NCBI GenBank assembly: GCA_049241565.1
Contig: JBMLQL010000064.1
Span: forward strand, 8,506-72,505
Length of the DNA stretch: 64,000 nucleotides
DNA from: Bacteriovoracaceae bacterium
Lineage (GTDB): Bacteria; Bdellovibrionota; Bacteriovoracia; Bacteriovoracales; Bacteriovoracaceae
Direction: 5' to 3'
Positions within the stretch are counted from its first letter, which is position 1. Each line of letters begins with the position of its first letter. The notes below the pieces were generated by a model. The model did no database searches, was not told the origin of the DNA, and was given only the letters and a program-made list of their open reading frames with translations. Both the position numbers and the translations under genes were made by a program. This document shows, in pieces, positions 9,986-19,370 of the stretch.

Positions 9986-11839
9986 CTATTTTCTAACGTT
10001 TAGTTGATCAAAATTGATATCGTTAATATTGACACCTAAAATCAAATAACCTGAATCCCAAACAGTAAGTATCTTTGGAACAAATTGAACACCTGACTGG
10101 TTAAGGAAAGATGAAAGATCAATAACATAATCTTTATCAACTGAGTCTTTAAAGGCATCTTTAAGTTGTGAGATCACAGCATCACGAACAACTTCTGTGG
10201 CCTTTGGAACGTTTGTGGCATAATTATAATTGTTTTTAAGGATGTTATTTGAAGCAAATGGTGAATTCACTCTCGCCTTAAGCACAAGATTTTTTGCTCT
10301 GTCATAACTAAGCTTAGGCACGATTTCTAATTGAAGTGGGAAATAGATAATTGAGTTATTATTATTTCTCTCAAGCCAAGCACCAATTTTATTTTTGATC
10401 CACGCCATTGTTCCATTAGAGGCCACTTGTTTTAAGTGAACTTCAACATTCGCAATAATATAGATCTTGCTAATGTCTTGGTGATCTTTTGATGAAAAAT
10501 GAACTTTGACATTTTTGATATAAAAGCCTTTTGTCGGTGCATAGCGATCAAAAAGAGCTTGAAATAATTTATTCTGAGACGCGAGATCAAAAGCCGCATT
10601 TAAAACGGGCTCTGAAATTGCCAGTGTGACATCGCTATGGCGGTATGATGAAAGATCAAGATCTGGAAGTGGTCTGTTACTGTTAGCCACACGGTTCACC
10701 ACTTTCATCGTTTTATTATTTAATGAAAATTCTATATTCCCTGCCATCTCGATATCTTTAGCTGAAGGAGTTGTAACTCCTACCACATCCATTTTTACTT
10801 TTGCTGAATGAACGACTTTGGCAATTTCTTTTAACACGTCTTTTATAGGATCAGACTTTCCTGGTAGCGTGAGTGGCTGATTATTAAATTGAGGAAGATG
10901 ATAACGTGGGATATGCACGTATGTGTTATCAACAACTGCTCTCGGGTAGAGGTCTTGGTAGTCTAGTTCACGCACACTTGGTGTCGGTCTTTGATAATTA
11001 AGAACTGTTACACTTGTACGAAGAGACTCTTTCATTAAATATGAGTTTACGAGTTCGGCCATGTCTGAACTCATAAAGTCTGCAGCAAAATCAATAAGCT
11101 CTTGCGCCAAGAAATCCTTACGCTTGATTAGCTCACCTCTTAGACGAGAGGTATCAAGCTCTGTTTCCTGATTGTTAATTGATATATAAATTGGTGGAAC
11201 GATCACATCGCCGAAGCTAATGGCAAGCTTAGGGCCATTTTTCGCTTTAAGATTCGTTGTAATACCTAAAAGCTGAACTTTAGCGATATCATCCTTAGTC
11301 TTTACTCTGAATATCGCATTCAGACGGACAATTCCTTTAAGACCGATATTAAGATTTTTAATCGTGGCCTTCAGTCCTGAACCACAACGCTTGGTCTTTG
11401 TTTTTGTCTCACAAAGAGAAAGATTGGCCGAGCTTACACTTAGTGTAGGAACATTAACTGAGACTTGAACATCAAACCCGTCTTTACTTTGTTTAACGAT
11501 TTTTGAGTTCACTGACTTCTCGTCAACTTTTCCTTTAATCACAATAGGTGCTGCTTCTAGATAAAAAAGAAGATCTTTTTTAAGATTAAGATTTGAGATT
11601 TCATTCAAAAGAGGAACAATAGGGTTGGCCAAAAGATCTTTCGCCTTAATTTTAAAGGTATAAAGGTCTTTAGGGATCGAATAAGAAGTTCCCTTCTTTC
11701 CCCCGGATCCGTATTTAACGGCCATCTCCATGGTCTTTACTAGGCCTTTATCAGACACTCGAACAGCCAGCTGCTCTTGCGCTAGCAATTGAAATGAACC
11801 AAATAAAAGCGTAATCGTGAGCATTGCCCTAGACATCAT
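9986..11839 (-). CDS. secreted protein with BPI/LBP-like N-terminal signature
   Basis: The start is trimmed to ATGATG at 11839, which is preceded by GGGAGA. This gives the signal peptide MMSRAMLTITLLFGSFQLLAQ followed by LAVRVSDKGL. The track's 41-codon N-terminal extension has no SD. Confidence 0.7.
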   Translation of the reverse strand: MMSRAMLTITLLFGSFQLLAQEQLAVRVSDKGLVKTMEMAVKYGSGGKKGTSYSIPKDLYTFKIKAKDLLANPIVPLLNEISNLNLKKDLLFYLEAAPIVIKGKVDEKSVNSKIVKQSKDGFDVQVSVNVPTLSVSSANLSLCETKTKTKRCGSGLKATIKNLNIGLKGIVRLNAIFRVKTKDDIAKVQLLGITTNLKAKNGPKLAISFGDVIVPPIYISINNQETELDTSRLRGELIKRKDFLAQELIDFAADFMSSDMAELVNSYLMKESLRTSVTVLNYQRPTPSVRELDYQDLYPRAVVDNTYVHIPRYHLPQFNNQPLTLPGKSDPIKDVLKEIAKVVHSAKVKMDVVGVTTPSAKDIEMAGNIEFSLNNKTMKVVNRVANSNRPLPDLDLSSYRHSDVTLAISEPVLNAAFDLASQNKLFQALFDRYAPTKGFYIKNVKVHFSSKDHQDISKIYIIANVEVHLKQVASNGTMAWIKNKIGAWLERNNNNSIIYFPLQLEIVPKLSYDRAKNLVLKARVNSPFASNNILKNNYNYATNVPKATEVVRDAVISQLKDAFKDSVDKDYVIDLSSFLNQSGVQFVPKILTVWDSGYLILGVNINDINFDQLNVRK

Positions 11840-11970
11840 AGTTTCTCCCATTAATAGGGTTTTAAAGTGCAAAAGGGGGGCCAGATCAAGATCAGAGGTT
11901 TCAGGGACCTGGGAATACATGAGCTGTCTAATCTTTTGACGGCCTATGAAAAAAATGTCCAAATTATTGG

Positions 11971-12756
11971 ATGAAAAATAAAATCGTTTGGATCACTGGA
12001 GCTTCCTCTGGAATCGGCCTAGGCCTTTTCCACTACCTTAACCAGCGTGGAATAAAGACTATTATCTCCTCTCGAGACGTTAAAAAACTAGAAGAAATCA
12101 AGTCCACATCAAAGCATCCTGAATTAGTGGGGGTGGTCTCGGTTGATTTAGAGAAATTTGAGACTCTGGAAAGCTCTACTCAAGCGGCCCTGGCCTTTTT
12201 TGGAAAAATCGATGTACTGATTAATAATGGTGGGATCTCTCAGCGTGATCTGGTGGTGAATACCAGCTTTGAAGTGGATCAGCGCCTGATGAATGTAAAC
12301 TATCTTGGGACAGTTAAACTGACTAAGCACCTACTCCCACATTTTATCAAACAGCGTTCGGGAGATTTTATCACTGTGACCTCACTCGTTGGAAAATTTG
12401 GAACTCCTTACCGCTCAAGTTATTCTGCTTCTAAGCATGCTCTTCACGGGTTTTTTGATAGCCTTCGTGCAGAAGTCTCTGAGAGTGGTATTAAGGTCAT
12501 GCTCGTTTGCCCTGGTTTTATCAAAACAAATATTTCAATCAATGCTCTTACTGGCTCAGGAAAGAAGCTCGGAGAGATGGATGATGCTCAGGCCAATGGT
12601 ATGAATGTTGAGATTTTTGCTGAAAAACTTTTTAAGGCCTATGAGGTAGGTAAAGAAGAAGTGTGTATTGGAGGAAAAGAAACCTTTGGTGTCCTTCTAA
12701 AAAGATTTGCTCCAACTTATTTCTCGAAGATGATTGCGAAGGCAAAAGTGAGATGA
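11971..12756 (+). CDS. short-chain dehydrogenase/reductase (SDR)
   Basis: Contains TGASSGIG, NNGG and the catalytic YSASK. Confidence 0.85.
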   Translation: MKNKIVWITGASSGIGLGLFHYLNQRGIKTIISSRDVKKLEEIKSTSKHPELVGVVSVDLEKFETLESSTQAALAFFGKIDVLINNGGISQRDLVVNTSFEVDQRLMNVNYLGTVKLTKHLLPHFIKQRSGDFITVTSLVGKFGTPYRSSYSASKHALHGFFDSLRAEVSESGIKVMLVCPGFIKTNISINALTGSGKKLGEMDDAQANGMNVEIFAEKLFKAYEVGKEEVCIGGKETFGVLLKRFAPTYFSKMIAKAKVR

Positions 12757-13716
12757 TTATTTATTCTCAAAAGCGTAGAGATAGCTTTGTTTGATCTGAT
12801 TCATCAAAGCATCATCTTTTTTCTTCGCAAGAATTTCCCATTGATTGAAGCGGCCAATCCACTTAAAAAGATCATCCTGCTTCCAAATTTTGGCCGCAGA
12901 CATAATGTCTTTATCGTAATTGCTGAGTCGGGCCTTCCCTGCGAGATAACCAGTATCAGCAATTTTCACTAAATGAGACTGCATAAATCCAAAGAAAAAT
13001 CTCAATCGATCAAATTCGAGATTGAGCTCTAAAATTTTCTCGAAGAATTCAACAAGCTTCTTTTTTCCAAAAATCTGTGCCAGAAGAAATTGATCTAATC
13101 TCTCACGGCTCACGATCTCTTGGGTCTCTTTTAACGAGATCTCTTTATGGTCAGGAAAACTGATCTTGATGGATTGAGCGGCTTGATAAAGAATATCAAA
13201 ATTGCCTTCAAGAGACTCAAGAAGATATTGCTTACTTTCAAAACTCAGTGGGATTTTAAAATAGAAACAAATAAAATCTAAAAGCTTTTGTGTTTCCCAA
13301 AATCTTGGCGGCTCCACTTGGCAATGATTAAGATTTCCCTTCTTTACAAGTTTTTTTAGTCCTGCTGAATCTTGATCGAAACAAAGAACAACAAGACGTC
13401 CACCTAAATCAAAATTCTCAGAGAGCATATAATCAATCGAAGCTGCAGGAATAGTCTCCGGGCGATGAATGATATAACTCTCACCCGGACCAAAAAGACT
13501 GAGTCCTTGAAACTCAGTTTCCAGCCAATCCACAGTAAGGTCTTCACCAACTTTATGTAGAAATTTTTTATTATCTGTATGTGAGAGAAGAGTATCTTTA
13601 ACAATGCGCAAACTTTGCGAATCAAAAGTTTGAAGAATAAAAAGTCCTTCAGCTTCTTGCCAAGTATTAAGAGGATAAGAATTAAAGAAATCCCAAATCT
13701 GCCATTTAGAATGCAT
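12757..13716 (-). CDS. holA: DNA polymerase III delta subunit (probable)
   Basis: A 319-aa protein immediately downstream of lptE and overlapping it by 11 nt, matching the conserved lptE-holA order in proteobacteria. The sequence itself is only weakly diagnostic by eye. Confidence 0.6.
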   Translation of the reverse strand: MHSKWQIWDFFNSYPLNTWQEAEGLFILQTFDSQSLRIVKDTLLSHTDNKKFLHKVGEDLTVDWLETEFQGLSLFGPGESYIIHRPETIPAASIDYMLSENFDLGGRLVVLCFDQDSAGLKKLVKKGNLNHCQVEPPRFWETQKLLDFICFYFKIPLSFESKQYLLESLEGNFDILYQAAQSIKISFPDHKEISLKETQEIVSRERLDQFLLAQIFGKKKLVEFFEKILELNLEFDRLRFFFGFMQSHLVKIADTGYLAGKARLSNYDKDIMSAAKIWKQDDLFKWIGRFNQWEILAKKKDDALMNQIKQSYLYAFENK

Positions 13717-14359
13717 ACATGATCATCTCTTTCACTGACTGGGCCACTTGTTCGGCCATGACTTTCACTGATTTTTTCAAAGCACCTTTATTTTGTGTTC
13801 CAATCACTTTTACCGCTTCTTCATCGAAAATTTCACGGTTATAAGAACTCTCTACCGGGATGAGCTCATTAAAAATAATTCGATCATTGGTTTGGGCCAT
13901 TTCTCCCAGACCTGAGCGAAGTAATTCAAGCTCATCTTCTGATGGGCGCTTGATCACAATAATTTGTAAATAAAGCTGAACGCTGGTTGTTCCTGGAATA
14001 TAAAATTCCTTTCTCTTGTCCCCTATGGCCTTAGGAGCTGAATCTTGCGCTACACGTAAGTTTTGTGCTCTCAGAGTCTCTCTTAGCTTTTCAGGAGATT
14101 TCACGATCCCGAGCATGACCGCGTCAGTACTATTGTCAAAACCACTTTTCACCTTAAGTGAGGGAAAACTCATCATCATGGCGTAAACTTCACGAGAAAA
14201 TTCAGCACCAACATGAGGTAAAGTAGAATAATTGTAAAACGTGGGAATAGAGACAGACTGAATCCCATACTGTGATAACGGATTATCATGCTGGGAAAAG
14301 CGATAACCGGCACATGAACTGAGGCAAAAACAGAGTAGAATTAGGTAAAACTTTGTCAT
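13706..14359 (-). CDS. lptE: LPS-assembly lipoprotein LptE-like
   Basis: Lipobox LSSCAGYRF (E. coli LptE begins its mature part CGWHLR), appropriate size, and a position upstream of holA. Confidence 0.6.
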   Translation of the reverse strand: MTKFYLILLCFCLSSCAGYRFSQHDNPLSQYGIQSVSIPTFYNYSTLPHVGAEFSREVYAMMMSFPSLKVKSGFDNSTDAVMLGIVKSPEKLRETLRAQNLRVAQDSAPKAIGDKRKEFYIPGTTSVQLYLQIIVIKRPSEDELELLRSGLGEMAQTNDRIIFNELIPVESSYNREIFDEEAVKVIGTQNKGALKKSVKVMAEQVAQSVKEMIMYAF

Positions 14360-14370
14360 AAATTAGGTAT

Positions 14371-14886
14371 ATGCTAAAGAAGCTAAAGTTTCAATCATCC
14401 TCATTTTTTGACAGTGATAAAGAAGTCTCCGATCCGCAGAAAAAAGAGCGGCTTGAGGCCTTTTATCAAACTTTTGACTTCTTTGATCTCATCAAACAGT
14501 GGCCTGAAATCGTGGGCCCAATGCTAGGGCAGAATACCTCTCCCTTACGTATTAAAGGGGATAGTCTGTTTGTTGTCACTAAACATGCGGCTTTTGCCCA
14601 ACAGCTGAATTTTCTCACAGAGATCATCAAAGAAAAAATTTTTCAAACTTTTCCTAAACTCCGCTCGATTATTAAAAAAGTGGTCTATGAAACGAATCCG
14701 CATTTTTTTAAAGAAATCGAAACAAAACAAGTCGAGCAAAAAGCAAAACCAGCTCCTATTCACCCTATGTCCCCTCAATACCGAAAGGCCAAGGCCGAAG
14801 CCGAACAACTATTCAATCACCTTGAAGATGCTGAATTTAGGGCCTCAATGATTTCTATCTATATTCAGGCCCACACACAGACATAA
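14371..14886 (+). CDS. dciA: DUF721 / DciA-like protein
   Basis: The DUF721 core pattern is present: WPEIVGPMLGQNTSPLRIKGDSLFVVTKHAAFAQQLNFLTEIIKEKI. Confidence 0.65.
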   Translation: MLKKLKFQSSSFFDSDKEVSDPQKKERLEAFYQTFDFFDLIKQWPEIVGPMLGQNTSPLRIKGDSLFVVTKHAAFAQQLNFLTEIIKEKIFQTFPKLRSIIKKVVYETNPHFFKEIETKQVEQKAKPAPIHPMSPQYRKAKAEAEQLFNHLEDAEFRASMISIYIQAHTQT

Positions 14887-15422
14887 ATCAGATTTTCATT
14901 TTGAGAATAGACCTTAAAACGTGTACACAAAGACTCGAGCGTTTTAAGTGTTTTTTCATCTGCTCGAAGTGAGAGCCAAGCTTCTCCTGAGGGAGAAAGG
15001 GTGTTCTGAATCAAATGAAGAAGAATAGAGAGATTATCCTTAGTCCATGTTCGGCATATCTGCTTGTTAAGATTTGGTGAGAGTCGTCCCTCACCTTCAT
15101 AAAAATAAGGCGGATTAGAAAGAATCAGGTCAAACTTTTTACTAAAATGAACTTCTGAGAAAGGAGCGATGATAATCTCGGCTTTCATCTTAAAAAGTTC
15201 GAGATTGTCTTGAAGATAAGGAAGAAATTCTTCTTGGGCCTCAACTAAAGTGAGTTCATGACTTTGCCCCAGGCAGAACTCAATACCTAAAACACCACAC
15301 CCCGCCCCTAAATCGAGCACTGATTCTGGAGAAAAGTTCAGATGAGTTTTAACAAAATGGATAAGCTTTGTTGAGTCTTCGTTAAATCGGTAGAAGTCAG
15401 GTTGTTTATAGTCCATCTTCAT
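14865..15422 (-). CDS. SAM-dependent methyltransferase with an NPPY motif (N6-adenine/HemK-like class)
   Basis: Contains VLDLGAGCGVLGIE and ILSNPPYF. It overlaps the upstream gene by 17 nt, suggesting an operon. Confidence 0.7.
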   Translation of the reverse strand: MKMDYKQPDFYRFNEDSTKLIHFVKTHLNFSPESVLDLGAGCGVLGIEFCLGQSHELTLVEAQEEFLPYLQDNLELFKMKAEIIIAPFSEVHFSKKFDLILSNPPYFYEGEGRLSPNLNKQICRTWTKDNLSILLHLIQNTLSPSGEAWLSLRADEKTLKTLESLCTRFKVYSQNENLIYVCVWA

Positions 15423-17190
15423 AAGACATTATCTTTTTAACCATCTCTTCGTTAATATTACCCATTTCAATCAAGTGAAATAATGAAATCCACCAATAAG
15501 ATTCATCCTGAAAAAGCTTTATATAAAGCTGTCTTTTGAGTTTAATTTCTGAGAGCCCCTTGCTTTGATAGAAAGTCTCAAGCACCGGATCTTCATGGGC
15601 CATAAATTGAAAATAGAGCTGACTCTCCGTTGACGGATCTTCGAAATAAGGACTTAGGATGTGAACTTTTTCATTCTTAGGCAGCTGATAAAACTCATCA
15701 AAAAAATACCAATACCAAGGAAAATCTTTAGAAGCTCGATTAAGAACATCTTTACGAATCCATTCCCTTCTTTTTTTTGAGCTTCCCATCTTATAGCGAA
15801 GATACCAGGCGAAATCACCTGTTCTTTTTTGATAAACTTTTAGTTTTATTTTTTCGAGCAATTGATCATTATCAAAATACTGCTCGGCCACTTCTCGAAG
15901 ATTTTCATCATTAAAAAAATCAAACATATATTTTGAGAAAAACTGAAAATTTGTTCTATCAGCGGGATGCTTTGAAAGTCGTTCAAAAATTTTATCCATC
16001 CGAAGAGAAATGGCATCTGACCATATATTCTTCTCGTAAGGATATTTACTCCAGTAAATAAAAGGTGATGTTTTATAGATCATGGCCAGAAGCAAGTCAG
16101 ATTGGGCCACGTTACCCAAGAGAAGATAGAGGTAACTTTGAAGAATTCTTTCAGGCAAATGAGTCTCATCAAGATCATTAATAATACTGACGATCTTTAC
16201 CTTCTGGTCTGGAGCGGTAATAAGATTAAACCCTGAATTGAGAAGATTATCTAAAAAGGCGAGTTGCTCAATTTGTTTCGCCGTTGGACTCACTCTTTTT
16301 TTCTGTCCCTGCTCTTTAAGCCAGCGTTTGACAGGATGGCCAGCCTCCAGAGGAAGAACACAATCCCTCACTCTCTTAAGAAAGCTCTCATTATGCTGAT
16401 CCTGAGGATAAAGAATAATACCAAGCTGAGTGACTTCATCATTAAGCTTAGCACAGTCCAGAGTCTCTGTTTTCATCACAGAGATAATCCGTAGCCCCTC
16501 TAGGCTTAAAAGTGGTCGAAAAACAATATTATCAATTTCAACAGTCTGATCTAAGAAAGGCTTTTTTTTTTCCACTTCTGGCGAAGTCTGAGCATGAGCT
16601 GAAGGAATAAATTCAACAGCAGATAGAGAAGTCATGATCGTCTTTCTGAAATAAATCAATAATAACAATAGGACGAAGGTGAAAATCCCAAAGTACTTAA
16701 TAAAGCTATGATCTTTTTTAACGAGAACTTTCGTTGATGATTTCTTAACAATCTTAGAAGTTGTTATTTTTTTTTTGTTCTGACCAAGGTCATGAACTGG
16801 GACATGCTGATGAACAATCTCTGGCCCCTTCTCTGGTTCAGGATCATCAATCACTGGTGGAGGGGTATCATCTTGAAGGTCTTTCAAATTAAGAGATTTT
16901 CCTACAAGAGTCACATCATCCTCAGGTCTTTCTGGTACTCTATGCGAGCTCTCATCACTTGTGAGAACATCTTTGGCTTCACTGATAGGATTAAAAGTCT
17001 GAGACTTATTACCTAAAAGATATTTTTCGATAAGATCTTTTTCACGAATGAAAAACCAAAATCCATTGGCCGAACAAACTTCATCATCACCTTTGATTGA
17101 ACCATTCTTATAAAGTTCAATCACCTTGTCTTTTGAGACCGGCCCCAAGATATGATTTGATTTTGTTCTGATCAACCAGTTTTTATTCAT
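15406..17190 (-). CDS. GYF_2-domain membrane protein of unknown function
   Basis: The N-terminus WLIRTKSNHILGPVSKDKVIELYKNGSIKGDDEVCSANGFWFFIRE is GYF_2-like. A Lys/Pro-rich linker and one TM (FGIFTFVLLLLLIYF) follow, then a roughly 400-aa Trp/Tyr-rich domain. It lies 3 nt downstream of the MCE gene. Confidence 0.6.
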   Translation of the reverse strand: MNKNWLIRTKSNHILGPVSKDKVIELYKNGSIKGDDEVCSANGFWFFIREKDLIEKYLLGNKSQTFNPISEAKDVLTSDESSHRVPERPEDDVTLVGKSLNLKDLQDDTPPPVIDDPEPEKGPEIVHQHVPVHDLGQNKKKITTSKIVKKSSTKVLVKKDHSFIKYFGIFTFVLLLLLIYFRKTIMTSLSAVEFIPSAHAQTSPEVEKKKPFLDQTVEIDNIVFRPLLSLEGLRIISVMKTETLDCAKLNDEVTQLGIILYPQDQHNESFLKRVRDCVLPLEAGHPVKRWLKEQGQKKRVSPTAKQIEQLAFLDNLLNSGFNLITAPDQKVKIVSIINDLDETHLPERILQSYLYLLLGNVAQSDLLLAMIYKTSPFIYWSKYPYEKNIWSDAISLRMDKIFERLSKHPADRTNFQFFSKYMFDFFNDENLREVAEQYFDNDQLLEKIKLKVYQKRTGDFAWYLRYKMGSSKKRREWIRKDVLNRASKDFPWYWYFFDEFYQLPKNEKVHILSPYFEDPSTESQLYFQFMAHEDPVLETFYQSKGLSEIKLKRQLYIKLFQDESYWWISLFHLIEMGNINEEMVKKIMSYEDGL

Positions 17191-17193
17191 TTG

Positions 17194-18573
17194 TTACCTT
17201 GCGGCCAGACCAATAAGCGCTGCTAAATCTTGATCGCTAAACCTTAATCCTAAGCTAATAGTGGCTGCGCGCTGACCGTAACTTGAAGCAAGATCCTCTC
17301 CAGTAATTCTTGTAAAAAGAACGTTCCAAAGTTTGACTTCACCAATAAGACGAACCTGAGGTCCAACATTTTCTTGGTAATCAAAAACTTCAAGTCCGGT
17401 ACGAAGACCCCAGTCTGGGAAATGGTAATCTAATCCTACCCCCCCCTTGGACTCGATAAGACCAGCACGAAGACCAAATCTTTGAATACGACGTCCAATT
17501 TGAAGGTTAAATTTGTAAGCTGAGTCATCAATTTTACGTGTTCTTGTTTTTGACTCCGCCCCACCGTTAGTCGATGTAAAGGTTGTCGTTTCATCTTCAA
17601 CCTGGGCGCCAAAATCTTGGTTCACAATACCCACCCGAAAAAATCTCTCCGGTGCCGGATAAATATCAAGATTAAATTGAGTCACTGACCCACCGTCTGT
17701 ATTTAATCCACTAAAGAGTGAAACATCCGCTTCGATATTATTAATCCGGTTCACAAGACGATTCACACTAGAAAGAGTTTGAGAAACTTGATCCACAACG
17801 GCGTCATCACGAAGAAGTTTACCGACTGTTCCTTTTCCTTCCTTAAGATCAGCAATAATAACTTTAAGATCACCTACGGCCGCATCGGCCTTATCAAGAA
17901 TAGGTCCGATTTTTGAAAGATCAGACATTAAAGAATCACGCTGATAACGATCTGTCTCATAAGCAAGCTGCTGAGAGATGGCCGAGATGTCATCCACAAT
18001 TTTATTAATTTTTTCTTCGTTACCAGTTGTGAGTCGCTTCAATGAAGCAGTGAGATCATTCACGTTGGCGACGATTTTTTTCATCATATTCTCGCCCTGC
18101 TCATCTCGAAGAGACTCTTTCACAGTTTGAGCAATATCTTTTACTTCTTTCATCACTTCTGAGGCGTCTTTAGCAAGTTCCTCAAATCCTTCGCCACCTT
18201 TCGAGGGAACAAGAGCTCCTTCCGGCAGTCTTTCAGCATTAGGATCACCAAGATTTACATCTAAAAACTTATCACCTAAAAATCCAACACTCTTAATTTT
18301 TAAGACTGAATTTTTAGTCATTTTAATTTTATCGAGCATCTCAAAAGTGACGACTGCTTCAGAACCTTCAAGTTCGATAGACTTGATTTTTCCGGCATTA
18401 ATCCCAGCGACTTTAATCGAAGACTTCTCAACGATACCAGAAGCATCTTTGAGTACAGTTTTATAAGTGACGTAGTCACCGAAACCAGATTGGTTTGCCG
18501 TAATTTTTAATGAGACCGCTGTCACTGCTACGAGAGCACCTAGGGCCAATAATCCAACTTTAAGAGGGTTCAA
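17194..18573 (-). CDS. mlaD: MCE/MlaD-family protein, extended (459 aa)
   Basis: An N-terminal TM is followed by an MCE domain (YKTVLKDASGIVEKSSIKVAGINAGKIKSIEL...), a long helical region and a beta-rich C-terminal module. Confidence 0.8.
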   Translation of the reverse strand: MNPLKVGLLALGALVAVTAVSLKITANQSGFGDYVTYKTVLKDASGIVEKSSIKVAGINAGKIKSIELEGSEAVVTFEMLDKIKMTKNSVLKIKSVGFLGDKFLDVNLGDPNAERLPEGALVPSKGGEGFEELAKDASEVMKEVKDIAQTVKESLRDEQGENMMKKIVANVNDLTASLKRLTTGNEEKINKIVDDISAISQQLAYETDRYQRDSLMSDLSKIGPILDKADAAVGDLKVIIADLKEGKGTVGKLLRDDAVVDQVSQTLSSVNRLVNRINNIEADVSLFSGLNTDGGSVTQFNLDIYPAPERFFRVGIVNQDFGAQVEDETTTFTSTNGGAESKTRTRKIDDSAYKFNLQIGRRIQRFGLRAGLIESKGGVGLDYHFPDWGLRTGLEVFDYQENVGPQVRLIGEVKLWNVLFTRITGEDLASSYGQRAATISLGLRFSDQDLAALIGLAAR

Positions 18574-18629
18574 CGAATTTTACTCCATCAAAATTCTAAT
18601 ACTTATCTATTGATCATAACCGATTCCGG

Positions 18630-19370
18630 CTACAACTCAAGAAATCTACGTATGGTCGGATTTTCCGATTTTTTGAATGTTTCCACATCCAAATGCTCAA
18701 CTACTCTCCCTTTCTCTAGGAAGATAATATAGTCTGAGTACTTCAGGGTGGCGTGAATATCATGGGAAATAATAACTGAAGTAAATTGTCGGTCTTCATT
18801 TCTTTTGGCCGTGTCCACAATCAGATCATAAACCACATGGGTAGTAATAGGATCAAGACCTGAAGTGGGCTCATCATAAAGCATGATCTGCGGCTCTAAG
18901 GCCAGAGCACGGGCCAGCCCCACTCTTTTTCTCATCCCTCCAGAAAGTTCAGACGGAAGACGGTAAGCCGCTTCTTTTTGAATTCCAGTGGCGGCCAAGA
19001 GATCAAGTACCTTGGTTTTAATTTCTGGCTCTTTTAATTTTGTAAACTCTCTTAAAGGAAAGGCCACATTCTCAAATGAAGTTAAAAAATCAAACAAGGC
19101 GGCATACTGAAAAACCATCCCAAAGTTTTTTCGAAACTCACGAAGCCCCATATCATGGAGTTCATTAATTTTAGTTCCAAGAACTAAAACATCTCCCTCA
19201 GTCACTTCAGTTAGTCCCATAATGATTTTCATGAGAGTAGACTTCCCGGCCCCTGAAAAACCAAGAATAGTGGTGATTTTTCCGCGATGAATGCCAAAAT
19301 TCAAATCAGAAAGAACTTTTGTCTCTCCGTATGTTTTTTGAACATTTTTAAATTCGATGGCGTAATCCAT
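18630..19370 (-). CDS. mlaF: ABC transporter ATP-binding protein, MlaF-like
   Basis: Walker A GFSGAGKST, signature LSGGMRKRV and Walker B MLYDEPTSGLD. The start overlaps the mlaE stop. Confidence 0.85.
   Translation of the reverse strand: MDYAIEFKNVQKTYGETKVLSDLNFGIHRGKITTILGFSGAGKSTLMKIIMGLTEVTEGDVLVLGTKINELHDMGLREFRKNFGMVFQYAALFDFLTSFENVAFPLREFTKLKEPEIKTKVLDLLAATGIQKEAAYRLPSELSGGMRKRVGLARALALEPQIMLYDEPTSGLDPITTHVVYDLIVDTAKRNEDRQFTSVIISHDIHATLKYSDYIIFLEKGRVVEHLDVETFKKSENPTIRRFLEL

Noticed and set aside
11840-11962. Long N-terminal extensions in the track for several genes: 9986..11962, 56812..58764, 58733..59239, 27347.., 45557.., 23339.., 29964.., 43993...
   Set aside because: In each case an internal ATG with a good SD yields a canonical signal peptide or the conserved family N-terminus. 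The upstream extension overlaps a neighbouring gene, hairpin or promoter region.
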